Notes: generated by a model from the sequence alone, not told the origin. A stretch of 64,000 nt of DNA from Syntrophorhabdaceae bacterium (GCA_963665295.1 OY762209.1:2912001-2976000), one strand, 5' to 3'. Counted from the stretch's first letter, positions 28,260-39,208 are shown. Made by a program: numbers and translations.

Positions 28260-30608
28260 CTACCCGTTGCCTACCACCCTGGAAAGTGTCTCGCTCAGTT
28301 CCTGCATGGAGTAGGGTTTGGTCAGGACGCCCTTGAACCCGTGTTCTTCGGATGCCGCGATAATGGGGTCATTCGAATAGCCGCTCAATACCACGGCCCT
28401 TACATGAGGTTCAATCTCCCGGAGTTTCTTCAGTACGTCCGCGCCTCCCATGCCTCCCGGAATAGTGAGGTCCAGAAGTACCGCGTCAAAGGGCTTGCCG
28501 CTTTCCATGGCTTTCCTGTAAAGCCCGAGGGCTTCCTCTCCGTTCGCGGCAAGGCCCGCCTTATAGCCGAGTGTCTCCAGCATCTCTCCCGTAATGTCGC
28601 GGACCATGTCTTCGTCGTCCATGATCAGGATGGTGCCGCGCCCTTTGGCGGTTTTTCCCATTGCGTCAATGCGGGGCAAGGCGGATTCCGGGGAAGCAGG
28701 CAGGTATATGGTGAAAGTGGCACCTTTCCCCGGGGCCGATTCCGCGGTAATGTACCCGTCATGGTTCTTGACTATGGAATGTGCCATGGCCAGTCCAAGG
28801 CCGCTCCCCCTTTTCTTTGTGGTGAAATAAGGGTCAAAAATCCTGCTGAGATGTTCCGATGGGATTCCCGGTCCCTGGTCGCTTACCGATATTTTCACAT
28901 AACGGCCCGCAATCAAGGGGAATCCGGGAGAAACGTCCTCTTCCGTCATGGTTATATTCTCCGCCCGGATCACAATAGCCCCACCCCCGGGCATGGCCTG
29001 GTCGGCGTTGATCACAAGGTTGCTTATGACCTGGCTCATCTGGCCCTGATCGATCTCCACCGGGCTTACGCCGTTCACGAAATCGAAATCGCAAAGGGTG
29101 TTGGCTCCCGCGAGGGCGAAACGAGCCGATTCCTCCAATATATCCGTTATGGACGAAGTTTTCTTCACAGGGGCACCCCCTTTTGAGAAGGTGAGGAGTT
29201 GCTCGGTGAGACCTTTTGCCCGGATTACCGCGTTTTCCGCATCCCGGCATTTGGACAAAGTTCTTTCATCGTCTCTTCCGATGTAGGTTCGGGCAAGAGA
29301 GATGTTACCCAGCACAATGGAAAGAATGTTGTTGAAATCATGGGCTATGCCGCCCGCCAGGACGCCCACCGACTCAAGTCTGGTGATTCTTGAGAGATCT
29401 TCTTCGGCTTTGCGTTTTTCCGTAGTGTCACGGAATACGAGCACTACCCCGATTACCCCGCCGTCCGAGGTCATGATGGGGGCACCGCTGTCAGCGATCA
29501 CAAGCTCCCTCCCGTCCTTTGAAATGAGGAGGGTATGGTTTGCGAGACCCACCACGTTCCCGGTTCTCAGCACTTTCACCACAGGGTTATCGCAGACCTG
29601 GCGTGTTTTCTCGTTGATTATCCGGAATACAGTCTCAAGGGGCTGGTTTATGGCCTCTTCGCGGGACCACCCCGTCAACTGCTCGGCTACCGCGTTGATG
29701 AGGGTTATGCGTCCCGACTTGTCGGTGGCGATGACGCCGTCTCCGATAGAACTCAGGGTGACGGAGAGGCGCTCTTTTTCGGTATAGAGGGCTTCTTCAG
29801 CCCGCTTGCGCTCGGTGATGTCCCGGACAAAGAAGAGGACGTACTGCCGGCCACGGAACTGCACGTAATTTGCCGTAACCTCCACGGGAAAGGTCCTGCC
29901 CTCTTTTGCGCGGAACTGAGACTCGAAAGTCGATGATCCCCGCTCCCTGATGATGTTCCAGAGACGGTCGCCATCCTCCGGAGTATAATCGACATCTATG
30001 TGGAAGACGGACATGGAGAGCAATTCACCTGATGAATACCCGAGCATCCGGCATGACGCCTCATTGACATAGGAGAAACGGGAATCCGGCTTGATCCAGA
30101 AGATGCTGTCGCACGCATGATCTATGGAGAATTGGGTGAGGAGCAGAGTTTCCTCTCTCTTCCGCTCTTCCGTGATATCCTCGCAATTGAGTATGGAGTC
30201 ACCTGTTTCCAGCAGCACGGTGACAAGGGAAAGCATCTTTACCGTCCCGTCCTTGCACGACACCGAGAAAACTCTCTTTTCCCGCTCTCCCGGCACCTTG
30301 TTCCGCATATCGATGATCCAGGTTGAGATTACCCCTTGCCTGTATTCGGGATCGGGATAAGCCTTTTCGAACCAGTGCCGCCCCGAGGGGATATCGGCGA
30401 GGGCATAGCCCGTGATTTCCGTGAATTTTTGATTCAGGTATTTATATACGCCTTCCCGGGAGATAAGAGCTACCCCGTTCGGGAAGTTTTTCAGAATCGT
30501 CAGGAAGGTTTCCCTCTCCTGACGCAGTGTTTCCGCTGTACGATCACCGTTATCGGTCGTTTTTTTCGCGGCTTTCCGTCCGATTCCCACAGTCCGTTGT
30601 CCTTTCAA
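28260..30608 (-). CDS. Multi-PAS hybrid histidine kinase/response regulator
   Basis: Three PAS/PAC units, AHDFNN, NLVINA, GSGLGL, receiver (MDDE, DLTIP, KP). Confidence 0.94.
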   Translation of the reverse strand: MKGQRTVGIGRKAAKKTTDNGDRTAETLRQERETFLTILKNFPNGVALISREGVYKYLNQKFTEITGYALADIPSGRHWFEKAYPDPEYRQGVISTWIIDMRNKVPGEREKRVFSVSCKDGTVKMLSLVTVLLETGDSILNCEDITEERKREETLLLTQFSIDHACDSIFWIKPDSRFSYVNEASCRMLGYSSGELLSMSVFHIDVDYTPEDGDRLWNIIRERGSSTFESQFRAKEGRTFPVEVTANYVQFRGRQYVLFFVRDITERKRAEEALYTEKERLSVTLSSIGDGVIATDKSGRITLINAVAEQLTGWSREEAINQPLETVFRIINEKTRQVCDNPVVKVLRTGNVVGLANHTLLISKDGRELVIADSGAPIMTSDGGVIGVVLVFRDTTEKRKAEEDLSRITRLESVGVLAGGIAHDFNNILSIVLGNISLARTYIGRDDERTLSKCRDAENAVIRAKGLTEQLLTFSKGGAPVKKTSSITDILEESARFALAGANTLCDFDFVNGVSPVEIDQGQMSQVISNLVINADQAMPGGGAIVIRAENITMTEEDVSPGFPLIAGRYVKISVSDQGPGIPSEHLSRIFDPYFTTKKRGSGLGLAMAHSIVKNHDGYITAESAPGKGATFTIYLPASPESALPRIDAMGKTAKGRGTILIMDDEDMVRDITGEMLETLGYKAGLAANGEEALGLYRKAMESGKPFDAVLLDLTIPGGMGGADVLKKLREIEPHVRAVVLSGYSNDPIIAASEEHGFKGVLTKPYSMQELSETLSRVVGNG

Positions 30609-30719
30609 AGCTATCGCTCTATTAACCGACCCGTCTCGTATGAAGCGGCCCTATTTGCGTGCGCGGGCTTAAGCGCCCTTCCTCGGAATGTACCTGACTT
30701 TATTATCGGCACAAGGTCT

Positions 30720-31682
30720 TTATACTTTAGGGTTTGGTCGCATTTGCTCTATTGAGGAATAGACACGTTCCGTTACCGGGGTCGGTATTCCCAGTGATCC
30801 GCCCAGCTTCAGGATGGTCCCGCCGAACAGATCGCCCTCATTTCCCGCACCTTTTGTCTCCATGTCCCTCTGATACGAAGTCCTCGTTTCAAAAGGGAAA
30901 TTTGAGGCTTTCCCCAGGGACGCTTCGATAATATCGTCTTTAAGGGCGATATGTTTCGCGTAGGCGATATTCTTTATCTCCCCCATTATTTCTTCCACGA
31001 GTTTTCGTAATATCTGATCCCGGGCTACTTCGCCCAGTGTCTTGTGGGTGCAGGCGGTGACTAATCCAAAAGCCGCGATAAACATGTATTTCTCCCAGAT
31101 AGCCGGGTAGGGGTCGTCATTCCAGGAGAATTTTATCCCCGCGTCACGAAACAGGGCGATCAGTTTGCCCGGATCAAATCCGGTCACCCCCGGGTCCTTC
31201 CCGGAAAGGATAATCCCGTCACCGCCTTTCTGGGTTACGGTGCCGGGTGCATCGATATGGGTACCCACGTAGACGCAGGACGGCAAAACTGTGCCCGTCT
31301 TGAGGACCTCCCTTGTCCGCTCATAGATGTCCACCCCATTGAGAAGGGGCAATACAACGGTTCCCGGTTTCATGTTCCCGGCGAGCCGGGCTACTGCATC
31401 CGGCAGATCGTAGCTCTTGACGCAGAGAAAACACAGGTCCGGAGCGGGAATATCCTCGATGCGGTCGGTGGCGAGATCGGGCGTCGCGACCAGGCGGCCC
31501 AGGAGGGAAGTGTTGAGGATAAGACCGAAGCTCCTTATCGCCTTTAAGTGCTCACCCCGGGCTATGAAGAATATCTTCGGCCCTTTACCGGCCGGCTTCA
31601 GAAGGCCGTGACACAACATGCCTCCGAAATAGCCACCCACTCCGCCCACTCCGTAAACGCAGATGTTCTCTATGTTCTCCAC
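30720..31682 (-). CDS. panE: Ketopantoate reductase family protein
   Basis: GVGGVGG, ARG.H, CVKSY, LLNG, WEK, TSYQRD; start set at GTG 31682. Confidence 0.85.
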   Translation of the reverse strand: MENIENICVYGVGGVGGYFGGMLCHGLLKPAGKGPKIFFIARGEHLKAIRSFGLILNTSLLGRLVATPDLATDRIEDIPAPDLCFLCVKSYDLPDAVARLAGNMKPGTVVLPLLNGVDIYERTREVLKTGTVLPSCVYVGTHIDAPGTVTQKGGDGIILSGKDPGVTGFDPGKLIALFRDAGIKFSWNDDPYPAIWEKYMFIAAFGLVTACTHKTLGEVARDQILRKLVEEIMGEIKNIAYAKHIALKDDIIEASLGKASNFPFETRTSYQRDMETKGAGNEGDLFGGTILKLGGSLGIPTPVTERVYSSIEQMRPNPKV

Positions 31683-31755
31683 ACCTTCTCCCGTATTATT
31701 CTTATCTTTATTGCAAACCGTTGTCAAGGAAGGGAGAATGTGGTAAAGGTAAGGC

Positions 31756-32688
31756 GTGAGCCGAATCGGTTACTATAAGGTGGTGGAACCCGTGGTGAAC
31801 CTTCGACGGGAGCCTTCCGCTGCCGCGCCTTCGTACTCCCATGACGACCTTCTGGAAACCCAACTCCTGTTCAATGAACGGGTCACCCTGAGGGACGAGG
31901 AGGGAGGATGGTGCTTTGTTGAGGCTGTGGAGCAGGAAGTCTTCAGAAAACACGACCGGTGGCAAGGGTACCCCGGGTGGGTCTCCATGGGGTCCCTCAG
32001 GCCCGCGGGACCGGGGCCGGAGGCAAGGGACGCCACAGTGGGGTCGTCGAGGGCGCCCGTCTTTAAGGATGGTCCCGGGTCCGGGGACGTGCGGTACGTC
32101 CTCTCCCTGGGGACGAGGCTTGCCATCCATGACATGGGCCGCGGGAGAGAGGGGTTCTCGGCTATCGACCTTGGGGATGGTGAATACGGATGGATCGAGG
32201 ACGCGAGGTTGAGACGGACACAGGGAACCACCCTTGATAACAAGAGGAAAAGAGAGGATATCCTCGCGACGGCGGGGCTTTTTCTCGGAACACCATACCT
32301 GTGGGGAGGGAGGAGCATGTATATGTCCCGCCTCCATGGCATCGCCACCGGCGTGGACTGCTCGGGCCTTGTCAATCTCGCATTTCGGGTACAGGGGATC
32401 GATATTCCGAGGGATGCCCATGAGCAGTGGATGAAGGCGGAACATATAGGTTCAGAGATGCTTGAGCCGGCGGATCTCATTTTTGTCTGCCGCGAAACAG
32501 GCGTAGTAAGTCATGTCATGCTCTTTGCCGGTGGTGAGAGTTTCATCGAGGCTGCAGAAACAGGGGGGAAGGTAAGGATATCTACCTTCAGGGAGAAATT
32601 CGGGGAAGATCTTGCGACCCTGTCACGCCTCGGGGGGCTCGGCACCGGAGAAGAAATCCTTTTCGGGAGGGCGCCGCTATCACTGTAG
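31756..32688 (+). CDS. SH3 + NlpC/P60 gamma-D-glutamyl-diamino acid endopeptidase (YkfC-like)
   Basis: ETQLLFNE, YPGWV, PYLWGG, DCSG, PRDA, HV; no signal peptide. Confidence 0.88.
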   Translation: MSRIGYYKVVEPVVNLRREPSAAAPSYSHDDLLETQLLFNERVTLRDEEGGWCFVEAVEQEVFRKHDRWQGYPGWVSMGSLRPAGPGPEARDATVGSSRAPVFKDGPGSGDVRYVLSLGTRLAIHDMGRGREGFSAIDLGDGEYGWIEDARLRRTQGTTLDNKRKREDILATAGLFLGTPYLWGGRSMYMSRLHGIATGVDCSGLVNLAFRVQGIDIPRDAHEQWMKAEHIGSEMLEPADLIFVCRETGVVSHVMLFAGGESFIEAAETGGKVRISTFREKFGEDLATLSRLGGLGTGEEILFGRAPLSL

Positions 32689-33776
32689 CCCGTGTCAGGT
32701 CCATCCATGTCCATGAGGTTGTCCGCCCCTTGCGGGTCCGGTTCGCCACTTCTCTGGGGGGAAAAGATACCATGAGGAGCCTCATTGTGAAGGTCGCTCT
32801 CGAGGACGGCTCCTTGGGCCTGGGTGAGTGTCCGACTAGCGTTGCCTTCAGAAACGAGACCGTTCCCGTGGTGAGGGGGCTCATCGCCGGGTGGTCCCGG
32901 GGTTTGAAAGGGATGTCCATCGAAGACTGGGGTGCGGCGGTCGCGACCCTGCGAAAGGTGGAAGAGGGTTACCCGATGGCGGTTTCAGGGCTCGAAACAG
33001 CCCTTTTCAGGGCATTCCTCGCGACGAAGGGGCTTGATGAGCATCTGTACTGGGGAGGACGGTTGAGGCAGATCGAGACCGATATCACCATACCTTTTAT
33101 CCCCGGCAATGAGATGCTCCCGGGCTGGGTTGATTACGCGGTGAGAAAGGGGTTCAGGATATTCAAGGTGAAAGTGAGCGGCCATGTGACCGAAGACATG
33201 AAATTCCTGTCAGGCCTCTGCCGTGCGGTAACCGACCGGGTTCCCGGTTTTACCATCCGATTGGATGGTAACCAGGGCTATTCGCCCGGGACGTTTCTGC
33301 AAATGGCGGATTACATCGAAAAGGCCGGTTATGCGGTGGAGTTGTTTGAACAGCCCCTGCCCAAAGACGACTACAAGGGACTCAAAGAGATCAGGGGACG
33401 CTCTTCCGTGCCCGTCATTCTCGATGAAACCGTGGTCACAGCCGAACAGGCCAAAAGGGTGGTGGATGAAGACCTTTGCGACGGAGTGAACATCAAGACC
33501 GCAAAGAGCGGCATTCGGGAGTCCCTCAATATTATGACCCTTGTAAAGGGGTCGGGCCTTAAACTGATGATCGGATGCATGACCGAGACCATGGTGGGCC
33601 TGTCCGCGGGAATCCACCTCGCAGCCGGTTCGGGCAATTTCGACTACATAGACCTTGACGGGATATATTTCCTGCACCACAGGGGCAGGTACGGGAGTAT
33701 AGAGATCAGCGCCCCGTGGTTCTTCGTGGGTGAGCAGGACATGTTTTCTAAGGGTTTCCCGGTTTCCCGCCCATAA
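32679..33776 (+). CDS. L-Ala-D/L-Glu dipeptide epimerase (enolase superfamily, YkfB-like)
   Basis: FKVKV, RLDGNQ, EQP, LDE, NIK, MIGCMTE, DLD; start uncertain (ATC 32679 or TTG 32730). Confidence 0.88.
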   Translation: MTVARVRSIHVHEVVRPLRVRFATSLGGKDTMRSLIVKVALEDGSLGLGECPTSVAFRNETVPVVRGLIAGWSRGLKGMSIEDWGAAVATLRKVEEGYPMAVSGLETALFRAFLATKGLDEHLYWGGRLRQIETDITIPFIPGNEMLPGWVDYAVRKGFRIFKVKVSGHVTEDMKFLSGLCRAVTDRVPGFTIRLDGNQGYSPGTFLQMADYIEKAGYAVELFEQPLPKDDYKGLKEIRGRSSVPVILDETVVTAEQAKRVVDEDLCDGVNIKTAKSGIRESLNIMTLVKGSGLKLMIGCMTETMVGLSAGIHLAAGSGNFDYIDLDGIYFLHHRGRYGSIEISAPWFFVGEQDMFSKGFPVSRP

Positions 33777-34701
33777 TCGACGATTTGTAGGTGGCGTCTT
33801 TTTCCGCTGCCGATCCCGACCGTCCCGGTTTCGCGGCCCTGTAGACTCCACCTTCCTCGGTTATGGTGCCTGTCATAATGGTATCCGACATGGTGGCTGT
33901 GGACATGGCGGCCCGGAACAGGTTCGCGTTTGTCAGATTCGCCCGCGTCAGGTCTGTATGATAGAGGTCGGCGCCCGTCAGGTTGGCGCCCGAGAGATCG
34001 GAACTCGAGAGATCGACCCTGCTCAGGTCGGCGCTCGTCATGTCCGCCCCGTGAAGAACGGCGTTTCTGATTTGGGCGAGGTGAAGGTCGGCGCTGAAAA
34101 GATTCGCCTTCGCCAGGTTCGCCCCCCGCAGGTCTGCCCGGACCAGATCGGCGCCTGTCAGGTTTGTGCCTGCCAGGGTCGCACTGTACATGTTTGAATC
34201 CGACAGGATCGCTCGCGCCGCATTGGCGCCCGAGAGTATCGCCCCCAAAAGGTTTGCGCGGCTGAGGTTTGCGCGGCTGAGGTTTGCGCGGGAAAGATGG
34301 GCCGATTCAAGGTTCGCCCCCGTAAGGTTCGCCCCCGTAAGGTTCGCGGTGTAGAGGTTGGCCCGGAAAAGGTTCGCCCCGGAGAGGTTCGCCCCGGAGA
34401 GGTCCGCCCCCGTGAGGTTCGCGCCGCTCAAGTTGGCGACATCGAGGGTTACCCCCGGCATGGATGCGAAATAGAGATCTGTCTCCGCCATATCGATATC
34501 GTGGAGGTTCGCCCCCGTGAGGTTCGCGTTTGTCAGATTCGCCCTGGAAAGGTCTATCCGCGTGAGGTCGCAGCCCAGGCACTCATTCGTGGTCATCAAC
34601 CTGTAATAGTCTTTCTTGCTGAAGGCGTGGCCGGCGTCCGCGAAAAGGAGGCACAAGGCGGCTACTATAACGACAGGCACGAAAGCGTTTCTCTTTAACA
34701 T
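33748..34701 (-). CDS. Exported pentapeptide-repeat protein
   Basis: Signal peptide, C..CDL cap, dozens of A(N/D)Lxx repeats. Confidence 0.93.
   Translation of the reverse strand: MLKRNAFVPVVIVAALCLLFADAGHAFSKKDYYRLMTTNECLGCDLTRIDLSRANLTNANLTGANLHDIDMAETDLYFASMPGVTLDVANLSGANLTGADLSGANLSGANLFRANLYTANLTGANLTGANLESAHLSRANLSRANLSRANLLGAILSGANAARAILSDSNMYSATLAGTNLTGADLVRADLRGANLAKANLFSADLHLAQIRNAVLHGADMTSADLSRVDLSSSDLSGANLTGADLYHTDLTRANLTNANLFRAAMSTATMSDTIMTGTITEEGGVYRAAKPGRSGSAAEKDATYKSSIMGGKPGNP
34250..34425 (-). repeat. 15-bp coding tandem repeats (pentapeptide units)
   Basis: Plus-strand units such as GGTTTGCGCGGCTGA and GGTTCGCCCCCGTAA recur every 15 bp. Confidence 0.85.
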
Positions 34702-34823
34702 CTGGAACCCCCTTTTTCTCTTACTCGGTCCGACTTCGGTGACGTTTGCGTGCCGACGCACGAAGATAGTGCCCACATATGCACTGATAATATAATGATC
34801 CGGTACAAAATGCCAACATTTTC

Positions 34824-35330
34824 TCACTGATAGATGAAACACGTGGACGTCCCGTGGGCGTAAAGCTTGCCTTCCCGGTCCATTACCGTTGCCCCGGCCG
34901 TCGCGGTGCGAGCGCCCTCATGGACTACGCGGCCTTCGCATCTCATTCGCCCTGACTCAATGGTGATGGGACGCACGAAATTGACCTTGATCTCGAGGGT
35001 GGTGAAGCCTGTTCCTGCAGGGAGAGTGGAATGGACCGCGCAGGCCGTGGCCGAATCGATCATGGCGGAGGCGATGCCGCCGTGGGTCGAGCCGAAAGGA
35101 TTGAAGTGGTATTCCTCGGGGGTGAACTCGAATATGACGTGTCCCTCATCGGCCCCGGTGAGCTGGTAGTTGATAAGGGCGGCAATGGGAGGAAGGGGTA
35201 TTTCCCCCCTTACCATGGCACGCAGGTACTCCAGGCCGCTCAAGGCTGCGATGGTGCCCCTGAAAGGGGCCGGGTCCTGCCAGACTATGGTCCGGGTCCG
35301 TTCTCCCGGGACATGTTTTTCTTCCGACAT
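34824..35330 (-). CDS. PaaI-family thioesterase
   Basis: NPFGSTHGG, DSATACA, TTLEIKVNFVRP. Confidence 0.92.
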   Translation of the reverse strand: MSEEKHVPGERTRTIVWQDPAPFRGTIAALSGLEYLRAMVRGEIPLPPIAALINYQLTGADEGHVIFEFTPEEYHFNPFGSTHGGIASAMIDSATACAVHSTLPAGTGFTTLEIKVNFVRPITIESGRMRCEGRVVHEGARTATAGATVMDREGKLYAHGTSTCFIYQ

Positions 35331-35475
35331 AACCTCTCCTTGGTTTTTTCTTGACCGCCCCTCATCTGCGTCGGTCATTGTATGTGATAAGACCGCTGAC
35401 CCGGTAGACAGATCGGCATGGGTCCGGCTTCTTGTCATGTCTCGTGCCCTTTACCTCGCGCGGCCCACGAAGGGA

Positions 35476-35892
35476 TCATCTGCACTGGTAATTGCCTTCG
35501 GCAAACCTCATCCAAAAGGCCAGGGATTCCTTTTTTGCGTACTTCGGGCTATAGCCGCCCCTGACAGAGGTGGACCCGTCCGCCGTCTCGGTTATTCTGA
35601 ACCGTCCCAATACCCTGTCCGCCCTCGGGCCGAAAATCTGAGTATGGTAGATCACACACTGCACGTCTCTGGAATCAAAGTTTGCGGCGCACTCCGGAAA
35701 CCCGATAGGGTCCGGTATGAAAATGCTTTCCGACGCGCACATCTCAAAACCGCTGAGAAAATTTTTGTAGACCAACTGGTAATTCTTCTTCAGGGTTTTT
35801 TCTTCAAACACGAGTTCGCCTTCCTTCACCTGGCCGGGCGGGGTGGCGCATGCGGTAAGCAGCAGAACGATCAGGACTATGGCTGGTTTCAC
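35476..35892 (-). CDS. Hypothetical lipoprotein
   Basis: Lipobox LLTAC; RBS GGGAG. Confidence 0.65.
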   Translation of the reverse strand: MKPAIVLIVLLLTACATPPGQVKEGELVFEEKTLKKNYQLVYKNFLSGFEMCASESIFIPDPIGFPECAANFDSRDVQCVIYHTQIFGPRADRVLGRFRITETADGSTSVRGGYSPKYAKKESLAFWMRFAEGNYQCR

Positions 35893-35962
35893 TATGTTTC
35901 TCCCTATTGTACCGTATTTGAAGTCTACGAAAAACCCGGAGTTCTGTCAACGGACTGAACTC

Positions 35963-36844
35963 TCACGTTGCCAGGAACCTACCCGGGTTTGCGGATAACG
36001 AACCTAGGACCGTGTCCGGGTCAAAGCCTTCGTCGATCAATCTCACGGCCGCTTCCCACACTGTTACGGCCCCGCCCTTAAGAATTCCGGCGGCATCCGT
36101 CAGCGCCCCTTCCGGAACAGACACTGCCCCTCCGGGCGCTGCGCAATGGGTCTCCTTGACGGAATCGGAGATGATCATGATCCTTGTAGGGTCTTTCACC
36201 CGAAAAACCAACTCCAGTGTCCTATGATGGAGATGAAAGGGGTCGGCAACCAGTTCCACATAAATATCCGGGTTGAGGAGACCGAAGCCGGCGATCCCCG
36301 GTTCCCTGTGATGGTAACCCGCCATGGCATTGAAAAGGTGGGTAATTCCCCGCGCCCCATGCCGGAAGCCTGCCTCCGCCTCGCTAAACGTGGCATTTGA
36401 ATGTCCCATGCTTACTGCAATTCCCGCTTCCCTGAAGGCCCTTATCAACGGGAGTGCGCCGTCCAGTTCGGGCGATATGGTGATTATCTTGACGATATCT
36501 TCGAATCCCTCTGTAAGCGCCCTGTAGTCATAGTCCCGTGGCTTGAGAAAGGCCCATGAGTCGAGGGCCCCCGCGCAAAGGGGGTTGAGAAAAGGCCCCT
36601 CCAAATGGACGCCCAGTATGGACGCCCCCGGTCCGGCGCCGGTCCGGCGTTGAGCCTCCATCGCCCTTCGGATCGCATCCATATGGAGCCGCATCTTTTC
36701 TACGGGCCCGGGGTATACGGCAAGAAGCAATTCCGAGACGCCATAGGACCCGTGAATCTCCGCAACCTTGAGTACGTCTTCCGGCGCGGTCGTACGCGTG
36801 TCGTACCCGCCTATGCCGTGGGTATGTACGTCGATTACCTTCAC
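35963..36844 (-). CDS. nagA: N-acetylglucosamine-6-phosphate deacetylase (compact form)
   Basis: DVHTHG, HLEGPF, GHS.A, THLFNAM, HHREPG, SD; lacks the N-terminal beta domain. Confidence 0.88.
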   Translation of the reverse strand: MKVIDVHTHGIGGYDTRTTAPEDVLKVAEIHGSYGVSELLLAVYPGPVEKMRLHMDAIRRAMEAQRRTGAGPGASILGVHLEGPFLNPLCAGALDSWAFLKPRDYDYRALTEGFEDIVKIITISPELDGALPLIRAFREAGIAVSMGHSNATFSEAEAGFRHGARGITHLFNAMAGYHHREPGIAGFGLLNPDIYVELVADPFHLHHRTLELVFRVKDPTRIMIISDSVKETHCAAPGGAVSVPEGALTDAAGILKGGAVTVWEAAVRLIDEGFDPDTVLGSLSANPGRFLAT

Positions 36845-36954
36845 TTTCAGAGAATCATAGCAGAAAACCTGTCAAGAAAAAAGAGAGAAAAGGCCCGGGG
36901 AGAAAAAGTGAGGTTGGAAGAGGACCGGCCATGATAATTGTGTTCCGGTTTCGG

Positions 36955-37878
36955 TCAATCTTTCCGGCCTGATCTGATGAGGTCCGCCGCCGCCTGTGCG
37001 AAAGCGGGGAACTCGAAAGGGAAACCTTTTTCCTTGAGGACGCCGGGAACGGCTCTTTGTCCTTCCAGAAAGACGTTTGAGAACTCTCCGAGGGCGCCTC
37101 TGAGGGTCCACCCCGGTATCGTGGTTATGAGAGGTTTTTTGCCCAGAGACTTATTCAGAGTATCCGCCATTTCGCGGTTCGTTACAGGTTCGGGTGAGGT
37201 AAGGTTAACAGGGCCGCTCACACTTTCATTACCAAGGAGGAAAGAAAATATCCGAGCCACATCTCTTTCGTGAATCCAGGAAAACCACTGGCGGCCGCTG
37301 CCCCATTGCGCGCCGAGGCGAAGCCGGGCGAGGGCAAGCATCTTCGGAAATGCCCCTCCCTCCCGACCGAGCACGATACCGAATCGGCACAGAACGACTC
37401 TTGCCCCCATTTTTCTCGCACCTGAAGCGGTTGCCTCCCATAGTCGGGCAAGTTCTGCAAGGAACGTGTCTCCCCCCGGTTCTTTCTCGTCAACCACGAC
37501 ATCTTTGCGGTAACCGTAGTACCCCACGCCGGATGCATTGAAAAGGCAGGGTTTGCCTCCCTGCGCGTTCTTCATGGCTTCGACGATATTTTCTGTGGAG
37601 CGTATCCTGCTCTCAAAGATTTCTTTACGCGCGGCTCTCGTCCACGGACGGAAAATGGAGGCGCCGGCGAGGTTGATCACCGCCTCATGACGGGCGCATT
37701 GCTCCTGCCAATCCCCCCTCACGGACGGGTCGCCCCTGACAATACGGACATTATGTCCAGCCGGTCCGGCGGAGCCGGCGGACCGCACAAGCAGGGTCAC
37801 CTCATGCCCTCGCCGTGTCAATGCTTCGCACAGGTACCTTCCGAGAAATCCCGTACCGCCTGCGAAAAATATCCTCAT
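36955..37878 (-). CDS. TIGR01777-family oxidoreductase/epimerase
   Basis: GGTGFLG, INLAGA, SRI.ST, WE, GSGRQWFSWIH, GQRAVP. Confidence 0.93.
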   Translation of the reverse strand: MRIFFAGGTGFLGRYLCEALTRRGHEVTLLVRSAGSAGPAGHNVRIVRGDPSVRGDWQEQCARHEAVINLAGASIFRPWTRAARKEIFESRIRSTENIVEAMKNAQGGKPCLFNASGVGYYGYRKDVVVDEKEPGGDTFLAELARLWEATASGARKMGARVVLCRFGIVLGREGGAFPKMLALARLRLGAQWGSGRQWFSWIHERDVARIFSFLLGNESVSGPVNLTSPEPVTNREMADTLNKSLGKKPLITTIPGWTLRGALGEFSNVFLEGQRAVPGVLKEKGFPFEFPAFAQAAADLIRSGRKD

Positions 37879-37938
37879 CCCGCACCATGCAAAGGATTCT
37901 CACGGGTGAGCCGGTGAAGAAAAAAGGCAGCCTTTCCC

Positions 37939-38751
37939 GTGGCGCAATACCATTCCATCTCAGGAATCATTATAATTATAACAGATTCTATGGGACTGAT
38001 CCCCTCATTTACGGTGTGGATGGACATTTGCGATGTCCTCTACCTGTCATACCTGATACCGGAGAAGAGGCTGCGGCCGGCAATCCCCGAGGAACTGAGT
38101 TTTGCCGTAACCTGTCAGGGCAAAACGATCATCTCCCTTGTAATTTTTCACAGCAGGAATGTGAGGGCATCGTTTTTCCCGTTTCTTCGTTTCGATTATG
38201 ACCAGGCGAACATACGCACCTATGTCCTGGACCCCGTAACCGGGGGGAATGCAGTCTTCTTCCTGAAAAGCGGTATTACTTCTCCCCTTATTTCCGGGGT
38301 TACGCGGATCCTGGGAATTCCCTGGCAATCCATTTCCATGCGTCTTGATGCGCACAATAACCCGTCACATCAATATACGGTGGAAGGCTCATGGGAAGGC
38401 GACTACAAAATCCGCTTAAACGAAGACCAGGACCTGTCCGCAGTTCTGGAGCCCTTTCAAACCCCCGGGGAAGCAACCCATTTTCTCACAGGCCCCTCCG
38501 TAGGTTTCTATGGTTCGTCGGAAGGTATTGTGAGGTTCGAGGTCCGGCATTCGGCCATAACGCCTTCGATGGGTAAGATATCGGCAATTATCTTTCCTCT
38601 GCTCGTGCGGTCAGGGCTTCTCACAGATGACGAATTATGGTCTCCCCACAGTGCTCTTATGGCTCCCCACGGCCTTTTCAGCGTTTCAATGCCACCGGCA
38701 AAGATTCGTCTGCGACGGGGGAAGGAGGATCTATGCATGCGATGTTGGTAG
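37939..38751 (+). CDS. DUF2071 (YqjF-like) protein
   Basis: LSYLIP...LRPAIP, QANIRTYV, AVFFL; start may be ATG 37990. Confidence 0.7.
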   Translation: MAQYHSISGIIIIITDSMGLIPSFTVWMDICDVLYLSYLIPEKRLRPAIPEELSFAVTCQGKTIISLVIFHSRNVRASFFPFLRFDYDQANIRTYVLDPVTGGNAVFFLKSGITSPLISGVTRILGIPWQSISMRLDAHNNPSHQYTVEGSWEGDYKIRLNEDQDLSAVLEPFQTPGEATHFLTGPSVGFYGSSEGIVRFEVRHSAITPSMGKISAIIFPLLVRSGLLTDDELWSPHSALMAPHGLFSVSMPPAKIRLRRGKEDLCMRCW

Positions 38752-39188
38752 GTTTTATCTCAGGCGCCCTTTCAGGTATTGTCATGGGCCTGATCTCGCA
38801 CATACTTTTCCGGTACGGGATAAACAAGAGGAGCCTCATCATTATCGACGGCTCGTTCCTACTCAGGACCCTCAAGAGTCGGGGAGGCCCGCAACTCGTT
38901 GCCGGTGCGGGTCTTTGCGTTCATCTCGTGACGAGCGGGATTTTTGGAGCGCTCTATTTCGTGGCGACACCGCTACTGGGATTCGACGCCGAGCATGCTG
39001 CCGGCTCGTTTCTCATGATAAGCCTTTATGTCGGCATCTTGTGGCTATCCATGCTCTTTATTGCTCTTCCCATTGCAGGAGAGGGCTTTTTGGGCGCAAG
39101 ATCAGGTTCCGGCTCGTGGCTTGAACAACTCGTCCTCCACGGAGTGTTCTGCGTCCTCTATGCCGTGTTGGTGAAGGTATTGCTGTAA
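38733..39188 (+). CDS. Hypothetical 4-TM membrane protein
   Basis: RBS AAGGAGG; four hydrophobic helices, two with His (VHL, LHG). Confidence 0.75.
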   Translation: MHAMLVGFISGALSGIVMGLISHILFRYGINKRSLIIIDGSFLLRTLKSRGGPQLVAGAGLCVHLVTSGIFGALYFVATPLLGFDAEHAAGSFLMISLYVGILWLSMLFIALPIAGEGFLGARSGSGSWLEQLVLHGVFCVLYAVLVKVLL

Positions 39189-39208
39189 TTCCCACGGGGC
39201 GCCGACAC

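Noticed and set aside
33900..34570. Periodic repeats as a CRISPR or satellite array
   Set aside because: The 15-bp period is fully explained by pentapeptide-repeat coding
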